DNA of 64,000 nucleotides from positions 368 to 64,367 of the forward strand of contig CAKRTZ010000001.1 of the NCBI GenBank assembly GCA_934402515.1. Reading direction: 5' to 3'. Of this stretch, positions 18,360 through 27,010 are shown one piece after another (the first letter of the stretch is position 1; every line of letters begins with the position of its first letter). Under the pieces are notes generated by a model. It ran no database searches and was not told the origin of the DNA. It saw only the letters and a list, made by a program, of their open reading frames with translations. A program made the translations under genes and the position numbers. The DNA comes from an uncultured Lachnospiraceae bacterium (GTDB lineage Bacteria; Bacillota; Clostridia; Lachnospirales; Lachnospiraceae).

Positions 18360-19236
18360 AACCGATTACCTCCGTCTCACTGATAAAGATTTCCTCTAAA
18401 GATAAAGGCAGAATCTCGCAGAAAATTGTGTCCACCGATGCCAGCAGATTGGTAACATCCTCCCTGGAGCCACGGGCTGTGATCGTGACAAGAGCACCTC
18501 TGTGGTCTACCTTCATCACATCCAGTTTCTGCATAATCTCCTGTTCCGCTTCCTTATTAGAAAATACACACTGCACCTTCTGGATATTGCACTTCATATC
18601 TTCCAAATCTTTGGAAAGCAGTACGCCGCCCTTATGCAACAGCCCCACATGATCGCAAATGTCCTCTAATTCCCGTAAATTGTGGGACGCGATGATCGGA
18701 GTCAGTCCCCGCTCCTCCATCTCGCTTGCAAAAATAGATTTCACACCCTGGCGCATCACCGGGTCAAGTCCGTCAAAGGTTTCATCACAAAAAAGATATC
18801 TGGTGCCGGAGCAGATGCCCAGAAGCAGAGCCGCCTGCTTTTTCATACCCTTGGAAAAGGTGTTAATCTTCCGTTTTTTGTCCAATTCAAAGTGCTCTAA
18901 ATACTGATAAAACTTTTCCTTATTAAAATTCTCATAAATACTGCTGTAGTAATGCTCCATATCCTGTAAGGTCGCATTACTGAAAAAATACGGTTCATCA
19001 GGAATAAAGAAGAACAGCTTTTTGGATTCCACGCTGTCATAGACTTCCTTTCCATCAATAAGAATCTCACCGCCATCCGGCTTTAACACTCCTGTGATCA
19101 TCCTCATAATGGTACTTTTTCCGGCGCCGTTGGTTCCAATCAGTCCAAAGACACAACCCTCTTTTATTTTTACGCTGACATCGTTCACTGCCACAATATC
19201 GTCAAAATGTTTATTCACATGTGTCAGTTCAATCAT
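18331..19236 (-). CDS. ABC transporter ATP-binding protein
   Basis: Walker A GTNGAGKST, signature FSKGMKKQ, Walker B LFCDE. It overlaps the GntR gene by 4 nt. Confidence 0.9.
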   Translation of the reverse strand: MIELTHVNKHFDDIVAVNDVSVKIKEGCVFGLIGTNGAGKSTIMRMITGVLKPDGGEILIDGKEVYDSVESKKLFFFIPDEPYFFSNATLQDMEHYYSSIYENFNKEKFYQYLEHFELDKKRKINTFSKGMKKQAALLLGICSGTRYLFCDETFDGLDPVMRQGVKSIFASEMEERGLTPIIASHNLRELEDICDHVGLLHKGGVLLSKDLEDMKCNIQKVQCVFSNKEAEQEIMQKLDVMKVDHRGALVTITARGSREDVTNLLASVDTIFCEILPLSLEEIFISETEVIGYDIKKLILN

Positions 19237-19610
19237 GATACTCCACCCTCTTTCTCAAAAATTTCGTTGACGATTTGCAATAATTCTGCTTTCGTCACCC
19301 CCGCTTCCATCGCCTGCACTGCCTTCGTCCGAAACTCCTCCAGCTGCTGGCTTCGACGTTTTTCTTTCAGTTCCTCATCGTAAGAAACAAAATTTCCCCG
19401 GCCTTTCACCGTATAAATATATCCACGCCGTTCCAACTCCGCATAGGCCTTCTGAATGGTGTTGGGGTTGATTGACAAATCCATCGCCAGGCTTCTCACA
19501 GAGGGCATCTGTTCCTGTGGCTTCAGAACTCCCCGTTCAATCAGCACCTGAAATCGTTCTACAATCTGCTCATATAAAGGGCGATTATCCTTATAATCAA
19601 TGACGATCAC
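19233..19610 (-). CDS. GntR-family transcriptional regulator, YtrA subfamily (short C-terminal domain)
   Basis: 125 aa. Winged helix-turn-helix: PLYEQIVERFQVLIERGVLKPQEQMPSVRSLAMDLSINPNTIQKAYAELERRGYI. GTG start with a GGAGG 9 nt upstream. Confidence 0.9.
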   Translation of the reverse strand: MIVIDYKDNRPLYEQIVERFQVLIERGVLKPQEQMPSVRSLAMDLSINPNTIQKAYAELERRGYIYTVKGRGNFVSYDEELKEKRRSQQLEEFRTKAVQAMEAGVTKAELLQIVNEIFEKEGGVS

Positions 19611-19644
19611 ACAAGCGCACCTCCTTCTATCATTTGGTGAATTT

Positions 19645-19683
19645 AAAATAGCATACCAAGTGTATTATGTCAAGTAGTACACT
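19645..19683 (-). promoter_or_regulatory. Sigma-A-type promoter of the GntR-ABC operon with an embedded YtrA-type operator
   Basis: On the minus strand, AGTGTA-ctacTTGACAtaa-TACACT has 13-nt spacing between half sites (19659-19683). The -35 box TTGACA (19668-19673) sits inside the operator. A 17-nt spacer leads to TATTTT (19645-19650). The palindrome extends to 16-nt arms (19650-19692). Confidence 0.65.
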
Positions 19684-19736
19684 TAGTATGCTAAGAAAAT
19701 CTTAATATTTTTACAAAAACATCATCGTACAAGGAA

Positions 19737-19765
19737 TTGACTTTTATTTTCAAACCCAGTAAACT
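19737..19765 (+). promoter_or_regulatory. Candidate sigma-A promoter for the DUF1538/P-II operon
   Basis: TTGACT, a 17-nt spacer, then TAAACT. Confidence 0.4.
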
Positions 19766-19829
19766 AAAATAAATTTGAATAGTTTATGATAGTAACCCGT
19801 TAACTGATTACAGAAAGAGTGAGACCGGA

Positions 19830-21365
19830 TTGAATAAAAACCTGTTACTAAATAAGAAACTCAAAGAAAAAATCGACGAATCCATCAATGCAGTGGTACC
19901 CATTACGGTAATTGTGCTGCTGTTAAGTATTTTCATCGTGCCCATGGAAACGGGAACCATTGCCATGTTTCTGGTGGGTGCCTTCATGCTGATTATTGGC
20001 ATGGCCTTTTTCCAACTGGGTGCAGAAATGTCCATGACCCCCTTAGGTGAGGGCGTAGGCTCCCAGATCATGAAAACCAGACGGCTTTCTGTTCTGGTGC
20101 TCGTCTGTTTCGTGATGGGTGTAATCATCACCATCGCAGAGCCGGATTTACAGGTTCTCGCCAACCAGGTTCCTTCTATTCCAAATGAAACCCTTATCTG
20201 GACTGTCGCCCTGGGTGTTGGTGCCTTCCTGGTGGTTGCCGTTCTTCGTATTCTCTTTAAATTACGACTTTCCCTTTTACTTTTTATTCTGTATATTGCC
20301 TTATTTCTGCTGTCCTTCGTGGCTCCGTCCGATTTTATCTCAGTGGCATTTGACTCCGGCGGTGTGACCACAGGCCCCATGACCGTTCCCTTTATCATGG
20401 CAATCGGTGTAGGTCTTTCCTCCACCAGAAGTGATAAGAATGGCTCCAGCGACAGTTTCGGCCTGGTATCCCTTTGCAGTATCGGTCCCATTGCCATGGT
20501 GCTTTTATTAGGTATCTTCTACCATCCCACCGGAGCCGCCTACAATGCCACAGAGATTCCCGATGTGGTGACCATGCAGGATGTGATGCGTCAGTTCGTA
20601 CATATGCTCCCCGATTATGCCAAAGAAGTATTCTCTTCTATCTTACCGGTACTGGTGGTCTTTCTGCTGTTTCAGCTTACCACCCGGAGATACCATAAAA
20701 ACCAGACAATCAAAATGCTCATGGGCTTTTTATATACCATCGTCGGTCTGGTGTTGTTCCTCACCGGCGTAAACGTAGGCTTTGCCCCCGTGGGAAGCCT
20801 GCTGGGCAGCAGCCTCGCATCCCGTTCCTGGAAATGGGCACTGGTTCCCATCGGTGCACTGATTGGTTATTACATCGTAAAGGCGGAGCCTGCAGTGCAG
20901 GTATTAAACAAACAGGTGGAGGATATCACCAACGGCTCCATCTCCCGCAGTGCCATGAACACCTGTCTCTCCATCGGTGTGGCTTCCTCCGTGGCGCTTG
21001 CCATGGTCCGCGTTCTCACCGGACTGAACATTTACTTTTTACTGATTCCCGGTTATATCATCGCGCTGGTATTGACCAAGTTTGTTCCGAAGGTATTTGT
21101 GGGTATTGCATTTGACTCCGGTGGAGTTGCCAGTGGTCCCATGACATCCACCTTCCTGCTGCCCCTTGCAATGGGAGCCTGTACCGCAGTGGGTGGAAAT
21201 GTGGTTACCGATGCCTTCGGCGTGGTTGCCATGGTTGCCATGGCTCCCCTGATTGCCATTCAGATTATGGGCGCCTGGTATCAATTTCATCAGAAGAAAG
21301 CATCCCAGGCACCTGCCATTGCCAATATTGACGACAATATCATTATCGATATGGAGGAGGAATAG
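19830..21365 (+). CDS. DUF1538-family integral membrane protein (internally duplicated)
   Basis: 511 aa. Two homologous halves each carry AFDSGGV(T/A)(T/S)GPMT (residues about 175 and about 430). TTG start as given in the ORF track. Confidence 0.8.
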   Translation: MNKNLLLNKKLKEKIDESINAVVPITVIVLLLSIFIVPMETGTIAMFLVGAFMLIIGMAFFQLGAEMSMTPLGEGVGSQIMKTRRLSVLVLVCFVMGVIITIAEPDLQVLANQVPSIPNETLIWTVALGVGAFLVVAVLRILFKLRLSLLLFILYIALFLLSFVAPSDFISVAFDSGGVTTGPMTVPFIMAIGVGLSSTRSDKNGSSDSFGLVSLCSIGPIAMVLLLGIFYHPTGAAYNATEIPDVVTMQDVMRQFVHMLPDYAKEVFSSILPVLVVFLLFQLTTRRYHKNQTIKMLMGFLYTIVGLVLFLTGVNVGFAPVGSLLGSSLASRSWKWALVPIGALIGYYIVKAEPAVQVLNKQVEDITNGSISRSAMNTCLSIGVASSVALAMVRVLTGLNIYFLLIPGYIIALVLTKFVPKVFVGIAFDSGGVASGPMTSTFLLPLAMGACTAVGGNVVTDAFGVVAMVAMAPLIAIQIMGAWYQFHQKKASQAPAIANIDDNIIIDMEEE

Positions 21366-21367
21366 GC

Positions 21368-22075
21368 ATGGATTTTATAAAACACAATCCCCCACATAAA
21401 CCCACATTCCGCTGTCTGGTCATCATCGTAGATACCAGCATCCGCAGCCGCCTGGCCGAGTTTCTCACGGACTCCAATGTCCCCATCTACTATCAGATGC
21501 ACGGTATCGGCACTGCAAATTCCGATTTTTTAAACCTCTGCGGACTGGGCGACACCAACAAGACCATTATGATCTGCTTTGTACCCAAGCATCGTACCAA
21601 GATGCTTCTTGCAGAGATGAACCAGGCCCTACAGCTCCACAAAAAGGGAACAGGTATTGCCATCAGCATCCCCTTAAACGGTGCACAGGGCTGGCTCTAT
21701 AAATTGTTAAGTACCACCGATCCAGAACAGAATGAATTAGGATTAGAACATGAGGTGAAAAAAATGAGTGAAACGATTACACATGCAATGATTCTGGTAA
21801 CTGCCAGACATGGCTACAGCGATGATATCATGCGTACTGCAAGGACTGCAGGTGCCACCGGCGGCACCATTTTAAAAGGACTGCGCTGCAGTCCGGCTGA
21901 GGTGGCCACCCATTTCGGCATTTCCCTTCAGGATGAGCAGGAAATCGTTGCCATCGTCGTACCTAAGGAAAAGAAAAACGAAATTATGACAGCCATCAGC
22001 AATCAGCACGGAATCAACACTCCCGCTCAGGGAATCGTTCTCTCCCTGCCGGTGGATGCCATCATGGGTTTATAA
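21368..22075 (+). CDS. Tandem P-II-like (GlnB-fold) domain protein
   Basis: 235 aa, beginning 2 nt after the DUF1538 stop. Two segments of about 95 aa have a beta-alpha-beta-beta-alpha-beta-like pattern (CLVIIVDTS...GIAISIPL and AMILVTARHG...GIVLSLPV). To my knowledge, pairing of DUF1538 with P-II-family proteins is a recurrent genomic association. Confidence 0.65.
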   Translation: MDFIKHNPPHKPTFRCLVIIVDTSIRSRLAEFLTDSNVPIYYQMHGIGTANSDFLNLCGLGDTNKTIMICFVPKHRTKMLLAEMNQALQLHKKGTGIAISIPLNGAQGWLYKLLSTTDPEQNELGLEHEVKKMSETITHAMILVTARHGYSDDIMRTARTAGATGGTILKGLRCSPAEVATHFGISLQDEQEIVAIVVPKEKKNEIMTAISNQHGINTPAQGIVLSLPVDAIMGL

Positions 22076-22079
22076 AGAG

Positions 22080-22108
22080 GCATAAATATTTTTTCCCAGG
22101 ACATACTT
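22080..22108 (+). promoter_or_regulatory. Candidate forespore (sigma-G/F-type) promoter
   Basis: GCATA, a 17-nt spacer, then CATACTT. The remembered sigma-G consensus is GHATR-N17/18-CATxxTA. The site is 47 nt upstream of the GerA/SpoVAF-family start. Confidence 0.35.
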
Positions 22109-22154
22109 TCATTATAAATCTTTATCTATCTGCTTTCCCGAAAGGATCATTATA

Positions 22155-23591
22155 ATGAAAATAACTGCTTCTGTGAAAGAAAATAAAACTTATTTCGATA
22201 AAAGACTTCAAGTTGATCAAAGTTTTGATCTCATCAGCCGTCCCCTTCAAGTCGGTGGACGGGATGCCGTTCTCTATTTTATTAACGGTTTCTGCGGAGA
22301 AGATATCATGCAGAAAATGCTCCAGTATTTTCTGGGAGTAAAGGCAACGGAAATGCCCCAGGATGCTGAACACATGATCCGTACCCTGGTTCCCCATGTA
22401 GAGGTTTCGCTCTCCGATGACTGGGATTTTCTCACCCACAACGTTTTGTCCGGCCTGGTTCTCCTGCTGATTGACGGCTACACCGAAGGGATTATCATTG
22501 ATGCCAGAGATTACCCCGCACGCGGTGTGGATGAACCGGATAAAGACAAGGTTCTGCGTGGTTCCAAGGATGGTTTCGTGGAAACCGTTGTCCAAAACAC
22601 CGCTCTCATCCGGCGCCGTATCCGCAGTACCGATCTCCATCTGGAAATTCTCAATGCAGGTAAAAGTTCTGAGACCGATATCGTTCTATGCTATATGGAC
22701 TCCCGCGTGGATCATGACTTTCTGGAAGAAATCCGAAAGCGAATCCATAATATCCAGGTGGATGCTCTTACCTTAAATCAGGAAAGTCTGGCGGAATGCA
22801 TCTATCACAGGCGATGGTATAACCCTTTTCCCAAATTTAAGTTTACGGAACGCCCTGACACGGCTTCCGCGCAGATCCTGGAAGGAGATATTGTCATTCT
22901 TGTGGACAACTCTCCCTCCGCTATGATCCTCCCCACCAGTATTTTTGACATGCTGGAGGAAGCGGACGATTACTATTTTCCCCCGGTCACAGGCAGCTAT
23001 CTGCGGATCGCCCGCTTTCTCATTGCTCTGATGACCTACCTTCTGACCCCGACTTTTTTATTATTTACCATGTATCCTCAATGGCTTCCCTCCGGTTTTT
23101 CCTTTATCCTGGTACAAGATACCGTGAACATTCCACTCCTTGCCCAGTTTCTTTTACTGGAACTGGCCATTGACGGTCTGAAGCTGGCTGCCATCAACAC
23201 CCCTAATATGCTCAGTACACCGCTTTCCGTCATGGCGGCACTGGTGCTGGGGGAATTTTCCGTCAACAGCGGCTGGTTCAATGCGGAGGTCATGCTCTAC
23301 ATGGCTTTTGTGGCCATCGCCAACTACACCCAGAACAGCTATGAACTGGGATATGCCATGAAATTCATGCGTATCATTACCTTGATCACCACATCTTTTT
23401 TGGGAGTATGGGGCTATATCGGGGGAATCATCTTTACCTTCTGCTGTCTGCTGTTTAACAAGACCATCACCGGGCGAAGCTATCTCTATCCCCTGATTCC
23501 CTTTGATGGAAATATGCTATGGAAACGGCTGATCAGGCGGCGGCTGCCCGGTTCCTATCCGCCGCCTGATCCGGATTTGAAAAACCACTAA
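22155..23591 (+). CDS. Spore germination protein of the GerA (GerAA/SpoVAF) family
   Basis: 478 aa. Soluble N-terminal domain (DAVLYFINGFCGEDIM, LIDGYTEGIIIDARDYP.RGVDEP, RGSKDGFVE) plus a C-terminal membrane domain. No GerB/GerC partners are adjacent, which fits a SpoVAF-like orphan. Confidence 0.8.
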   Translation: MKITASVKENKTYFDKRLQVDQSFDLISRPLQVGGRDAVLYFINGFCGEDIMQKMLQYFLGVKATEMPQDAEHMIRTLVPHVEVSLSDDWDFLTHNVLSGLVLLLIDGYTEGIIIDARDYPARGVDEPDKDKVLRGSKDGFVETVVQNTALIRRRIRSTDLHLEILNAGKSSETDIVLCYMDSRVDHDFLEEIRKRIHNIQVDALTLNQESLAECIYHRRWYNPFPKFKFTERPDTASAQILEGDIVILVDNSPSAMILPTSIFDMLEEADDYYFPPVTGSYLRIARFLIALMTYLLTPTFLLFTMYPQWLPSGFSFILVQDTVNIPLLAQFLLLELAIDGLKLAAINTPNMLSTPLSVMAALVLGEFSVNSGWFNAEVMLYMAFVAIANYTQNSYELGYAMKFMRIITLITTSFLGVWGYIGGIIFTFCCLLFNKTITGRSYLYPLIPFDGNMLWKRLIRRRLPGSYPPPDPDLKNH

Positions 23592-23665
23592 CGTTTCGTT
23601 TTGCAGGGTATTCCTTTCTTATACAATAAAAGGGACAGATTTTCATCCATCCCTCCACTCTCTGA

Positions 23666-24103
23666 CTACTGAATACCTGTGCTTCCAAATCCGCCTCTGG
23701 CAGGTCCGTCGAGACTTTCCACTTCGTCAAATACAATTCTCGGCTGATGTTTCTGAATACGGAACTGACAGATTCTGTCATTCACATGAATCTGGGTATC
23801 CCGCACTGCATATACCGGATAGCGGTAGACATCATCGTTGCCGCAGTAAGTTTCATCGATGACACCGATGCTGTTGGTCTGAATGATTCCAAAATTCTTA
23901 AAGGTAGAACTGCGGGGCGCAATGATAGCTTCATAACCTTCCGGCAGTTTCATGGAAATTCCAAGGTTGATGAGCCTGAAGTCACCTTTTTTTAACTCCA
24001 CATCCTCCGCAGCACGCAGATCAATCCAGTCACTCTTGCCGTCCACATAAGCCAGTTTATCAATTTTATCCGTATGATATTTAATTTTGATCGTCTCAGT
24101 CAT
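23666..24103 (-). CDS. dut: dUTP diphosphatase
   Basis: Motifs PRSS, GVIDETYCG and a C-terminal RGGFGSTG. Confidence 0.9.
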   Translation of the reverse strand: MTETIKIKYHTDKIDKLAYVDGKSDWIDLRAAEDVELKKGDFRLINLGISMKLPEGYEAIIAPRSSTFKNFGIIQTNSIGVIDETYCGNDDVYRYPVYAVRDTQIHVNDRICQFRIQKHQPRIVFDEVESLDGPARGGFGSTGIQ

Positions 24104-24120
24104 AACACAAGGTTCTCCTT

Positions 24121-24675
24121 TTATTCCCCACAGCCGCAGGGCATCACTTCCTCTTTACTCTTGATCTCCCGGTCATATTCCGGGCAATGCAGCCATACCT
24201 GCCCGGAAGGATCCTGCAATGTCCGTTTGACATCAATCACACGTTGGTTTTTACTGCCTTTCCAACGCAGGGTATTATCCTTTTCTTCTACTACAAACTC
24301 ACCGTCTACCACCACATCCAACAGGTGCATTAACGGATCGTTCCTGATTTCCTCCCACAGAGAACCTGTATATAACCAGATTGTCTTCTTCGGATATCTC
24401 TCACGAATCTCTCCGGCCAGTTCCCTTACGCCTGCAATATTGGCAGGATGCAGCGGATCTCCTCCACTGAATGTGATACCGCTGATATAGCTTTTATCCA
24501 ATTGATCAAAAATTTCCTGTTTTGCAGCCTCGTCAAATAAAAGCCCGCCTTCCGGATCCCAGGTGATCGGGTTCTGGCACTCTTTGCAGCAGTGGTCACA
24601 ACCGGATACCCACAACACAACCCGCAGGCCGTCACCGTTTAGCATGTCTTCTTTCGTTATATTATGATATCGCAA
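24121..24675 (-). CDS. nrdG: Anaerobic ribonucleoside-triphosphate reductase activating protein (radical SAM)
   Basis: Motif GDGLRVVLWVSGCDHCCKECQNP (Cx3Cx2C). I place the start at TTG 24675 ((M)RYHNITKED...), with GGGGGA 7 nt upstream. The longer track ORF to 24801 would overlap nrdD by 89 nt. Confidence 0.85.
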   Translation of the reverse strand: MRYHNITKEDMLNGDGLRVVLWVSGCDHCCKECQNPITWDPEGGLLFDEAAKQEIFDQLDKSYISGITFSGGDPLHPANIAGVRELAGEIRERYPKKTIWLYTGSLWEEIRNDPLMHLLDVVVDGEFVVEEKDNTLRWKGSKNQRVIDVKRTLQDPSGQVWLHCPEYDREIKSKEEVMPCGCGE

Positions 24676-24712
24676 TGCTCTATCCCCCGTTTGCTGATTT
24701 GAGTTATAATGC

Positions 24713-26902
24713 CTACATGGATTTCCGCTCCGCAATCTCTGCCATCTTGGCATCAGAAAGCCGGGTATCTCCATGTACTCTGGAATATGCCAGATAACCA
24801 TTCATACGGTCAATCTTGGTAAGATTTCTGCTTCCGCATTTGGGGCATACATCCATCTCCAGCTCCTGGTGTCCACAATCATCACAGTAGGCTAAAGACA
24901 AATTGACACCCTCGTAAAATCCCATGTCCATGGCACGACGCACCAGTGTTTTGATAGCCTCCGTATTATAGCTGATGGGGTATTTCACATACTGGATCTT
25001 GCCCCCATTACTCAGTTCCCAGAAACGGTATTCCTTATCCTGTTTCTCAATGGGAGTGATATCTTCTGTCACATGACAATGGAAGCTGTTGGATACATAC
25101 TCTCTGTCCGATACGCCTTCCACGATGCCATATTTCGCACGGAACTGTTTTACCTGAAGTCCGCAGAGATTCTCTGCCGGAGTTCCGTAAATAGCATAGA
25201 GATTTCCATCTTCCTCCTTAAACTCCGCCACCTTCTGGTTGATATGCTCCAGTACCTCCAGGGCAAACTGTCCGTCTTCCACCAGGGACTTTCCATTGTA
25301 TAATTCCTGCAATTCATTAAAAGCGGTAATACCAAAGCTGGCTGTAGCGGTCTTTAAGATCGGCTTAATCTTGTCATGCAGCTGCAGATGTCCACCCAGG
25401 AAACCACCCTCACAATAAGCCAGTGGGTTCGTAGAGGCCCGCATCTCGCCCAGGTACGCATAGGTACGAATGTGCAGCTGGCGGATCAGATTCAAATAGT
25501 AATCCAGAACTTCATAAAAATCCTTACTCTCTTTTCTTGCCTTTGCAAGAATCATGGGTAAGTGTAAAGACACTGCACCAATGTTAAAACGCCCCACAAA
25601 TACCGGTACATCCTTATCGTCTGCAGGATGCATGCCGCCTCTCTCATACCAGGGAGACAGAAATGCCCGGCATCCCATGGGAGAAATCACCTTCCCATAC
25701 TGCTTGTACATGCTGGCAATATAACCCTTCCCTGTAAGGCTGAGCCAATCCGGGTACATGGTCTTTGCAGAACACTCAATTCCTGCCTCGAATACATCCT
25801 CAAGAGGACATCCCTCTCCATGAAGATTTTCATCATATAAGAAGACAATCTTCGGGAAAAGAACCGGTTTCTTGTGATCACTTTTTCCCTGTCCCTCTCG
25901 TCTCACATTCAACAATTTAATGGATGCCATCTTGGCAAACCGTCCGGTACCCAGTCCTGCTGTCACCGTGATAAAAGGATAATCACCACGGCTGCTGGCT
26001 ACGGTATTGAATTTGTATTCCCAACCCTGGAATCCCTGCTCAAACTCCTTTTCCACATCCTTGACTGCCTGTTCTTCCGCCTTATCCTGGGGAACTCCAA
26101 GCTTCCTGTATTTCTCTACCTCCTTCGCATAGGACTTTTCTGCGTAGGGCTCCAGAATCTTATCTACCTCCGGTACTGTAAAGCCACCGTACTGCTGGCT
26201 GGCTGCACTCAGTACGATATCACCGATGACATCGAAAGCTACATCCAGAGTCTTTGGCTCATTGTACCAGATATTTCCCATCTCAAAACCGCCGGTAAGT
26301 ACACTCTTTACATCAAATAGACAGCAGTTCATGGTATCCCGGCGGGCTGACATATCATGGACATAAATATAACCATCACGGCATGCCTGAATTTCCTCTG
26401 TAGTCATGAAAAATTTCTGATACAGTTCCTTGTTAAATTGATTAAAAATCAGGCTTCTCTTGGTGGATACCAGTGCTGAATCCGTGTTGGCATTTTCCTT
26501 ATCACCGATATACATGATAGACTGGCTCTTTTTGTATACATCATCCATCATGCGGACAAAATCCTGTTTATAGTTCCGGTAATCCCGGTAACTTTTTGCA
26601 ACAAGGGGTCTGGTGGCTTCCAGTGCAGACTCCACAATATTATGCATCACGGGGATTGGAATCTGTTCATCTCCCAGTTCATCCACTTTATCCACAACGA
26701 TCTGACAGATGCGGCGCTTCTCTTCATCGGTAAATTTGGTCAGGGCACGGTAGGCACTTTTTCCCACGGCATTGATCACCTTCTGCACATTAAATGCTTC
26801 CAGGCTTCCATCCTTTTTAATGACCTTTACATCCTTTTTCGGATGATATTCCAATGAATAATCCACTGTTTCACGCTGTTTTAAGTCTGCTGCTTCTCCC
26901 AT
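24713..26902 (-). CDS. nrdD: Anaerobic ribonucleoside-triphosphate reductase (class III)
   Basis: 729 aa. N-terminal ATP-cone (VIKKDGSLEAFNVQKVINAV), C-terminal zinc ribbon CDDCGH...CPKCGS and glycyl-radical motif RMNGYL. Confidence 0.95.
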   Translation of the reverse strand: MGEAADLKQRETVDYSLEYHPKKDVKVIKKDGSLEAFNVQKVINAVGKSAYRALTKFTDEEKRRICQIVVDKVDELGDEQIPIPVMHNIVESALEATRPLVAKSYRDYRNYKQDFVRMMDDVYKKSQSIMYIGDKENANTDSALVSTKRSLIFNQFNKELYQKFFMTTEEIQACRDGYIYVHDMSARRDTMNCCLFDVKSVLTGGFEMGNIWYNEPKTLDVAFDVIGDIVLSAASQQYGGFTVPEVDKILEPYAEKSYAKEVEKYRKLGVPQDKAEEQAVKDVEKEFEQGFQGWEYKFNTVASSRGDYPFITVTAGLGTGRFAKMASIKLLNVRREGQGKSDHKKPVLFPKIVFLYDENLHGEGCPLEDVFEAGIECSAKTMYPDWLSLTGKGYIASMYKQYGKVISPMGCRAFLSPWYERGGMHPADDKDVPVFVGRFNIGAVSLHLPMILAKARKESKDFYEVLDYYLNLIRQLHIRTYAYLGEMRASTNPLAYCEGGFLGGHLQLHDKIKPILKTATASFGITAFNELQELYNGKSLVEDGQFALEVLEHINQKVAEFKEEDGNLYAIYGTPAENLCGLQVKQFRAKYGIVEGVSDREYVSNSFHCHVTEDITPIEKQDKEYRFWELSNGGKIQYVKYPISYNTEAIKTLVRRAMDMGFYEGVNLSLAYCDDCGHQELEMDVCPKCGSRNLTKIDRMNGYLAYSRVHGDTRLSDAKMAEIAERKSM

Positions 26903-26937
26903 GAGATAACCCCTCCAAATATGCTACATGTTGAAAT

Positions 26938-26970
26938 GTGCCACCAGATATATACAATATCTAGTGGCAC
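26938..26970. promoter_or_regulatory. 33-bp near-perfect palindrome upstream of nrdD (candidate NrdR-type operator and/or hairpin)
   Basis: GTGCCACCAGATAT-ataca-ATATCTAGTGGCAC, with 14-nt arms and 1 mismatch. On the minus strand, CCACTAGATATTGTAT (26952-26967) matches 13 of 16 positions of the NrdR box consensus as I remember it (acaCwAtATaTwGtgt). A possible TTGACA-17-TATGCT promoter lies just upstream. Confidence 0.4.
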
Positions 26971-27010
26971 TATTCAGCATAGCAAATTGAGTGGTCAATG
27001 TCAATAGCTC

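Noticed and set aside
19808-20497. 229-aa minus-strand ORF
   Set aside because: Antisense to the DUF1538 gene. Its Thr/Pro/Arg/Met-rich composition is typical of the reverse frame of a hydrophobic membrane protein.
22122-22640. 172-aa minus-strand ORF
   Set aside because: Antisense to the 5' part of the GerA-family gene. It has no motifs and no translation signals.
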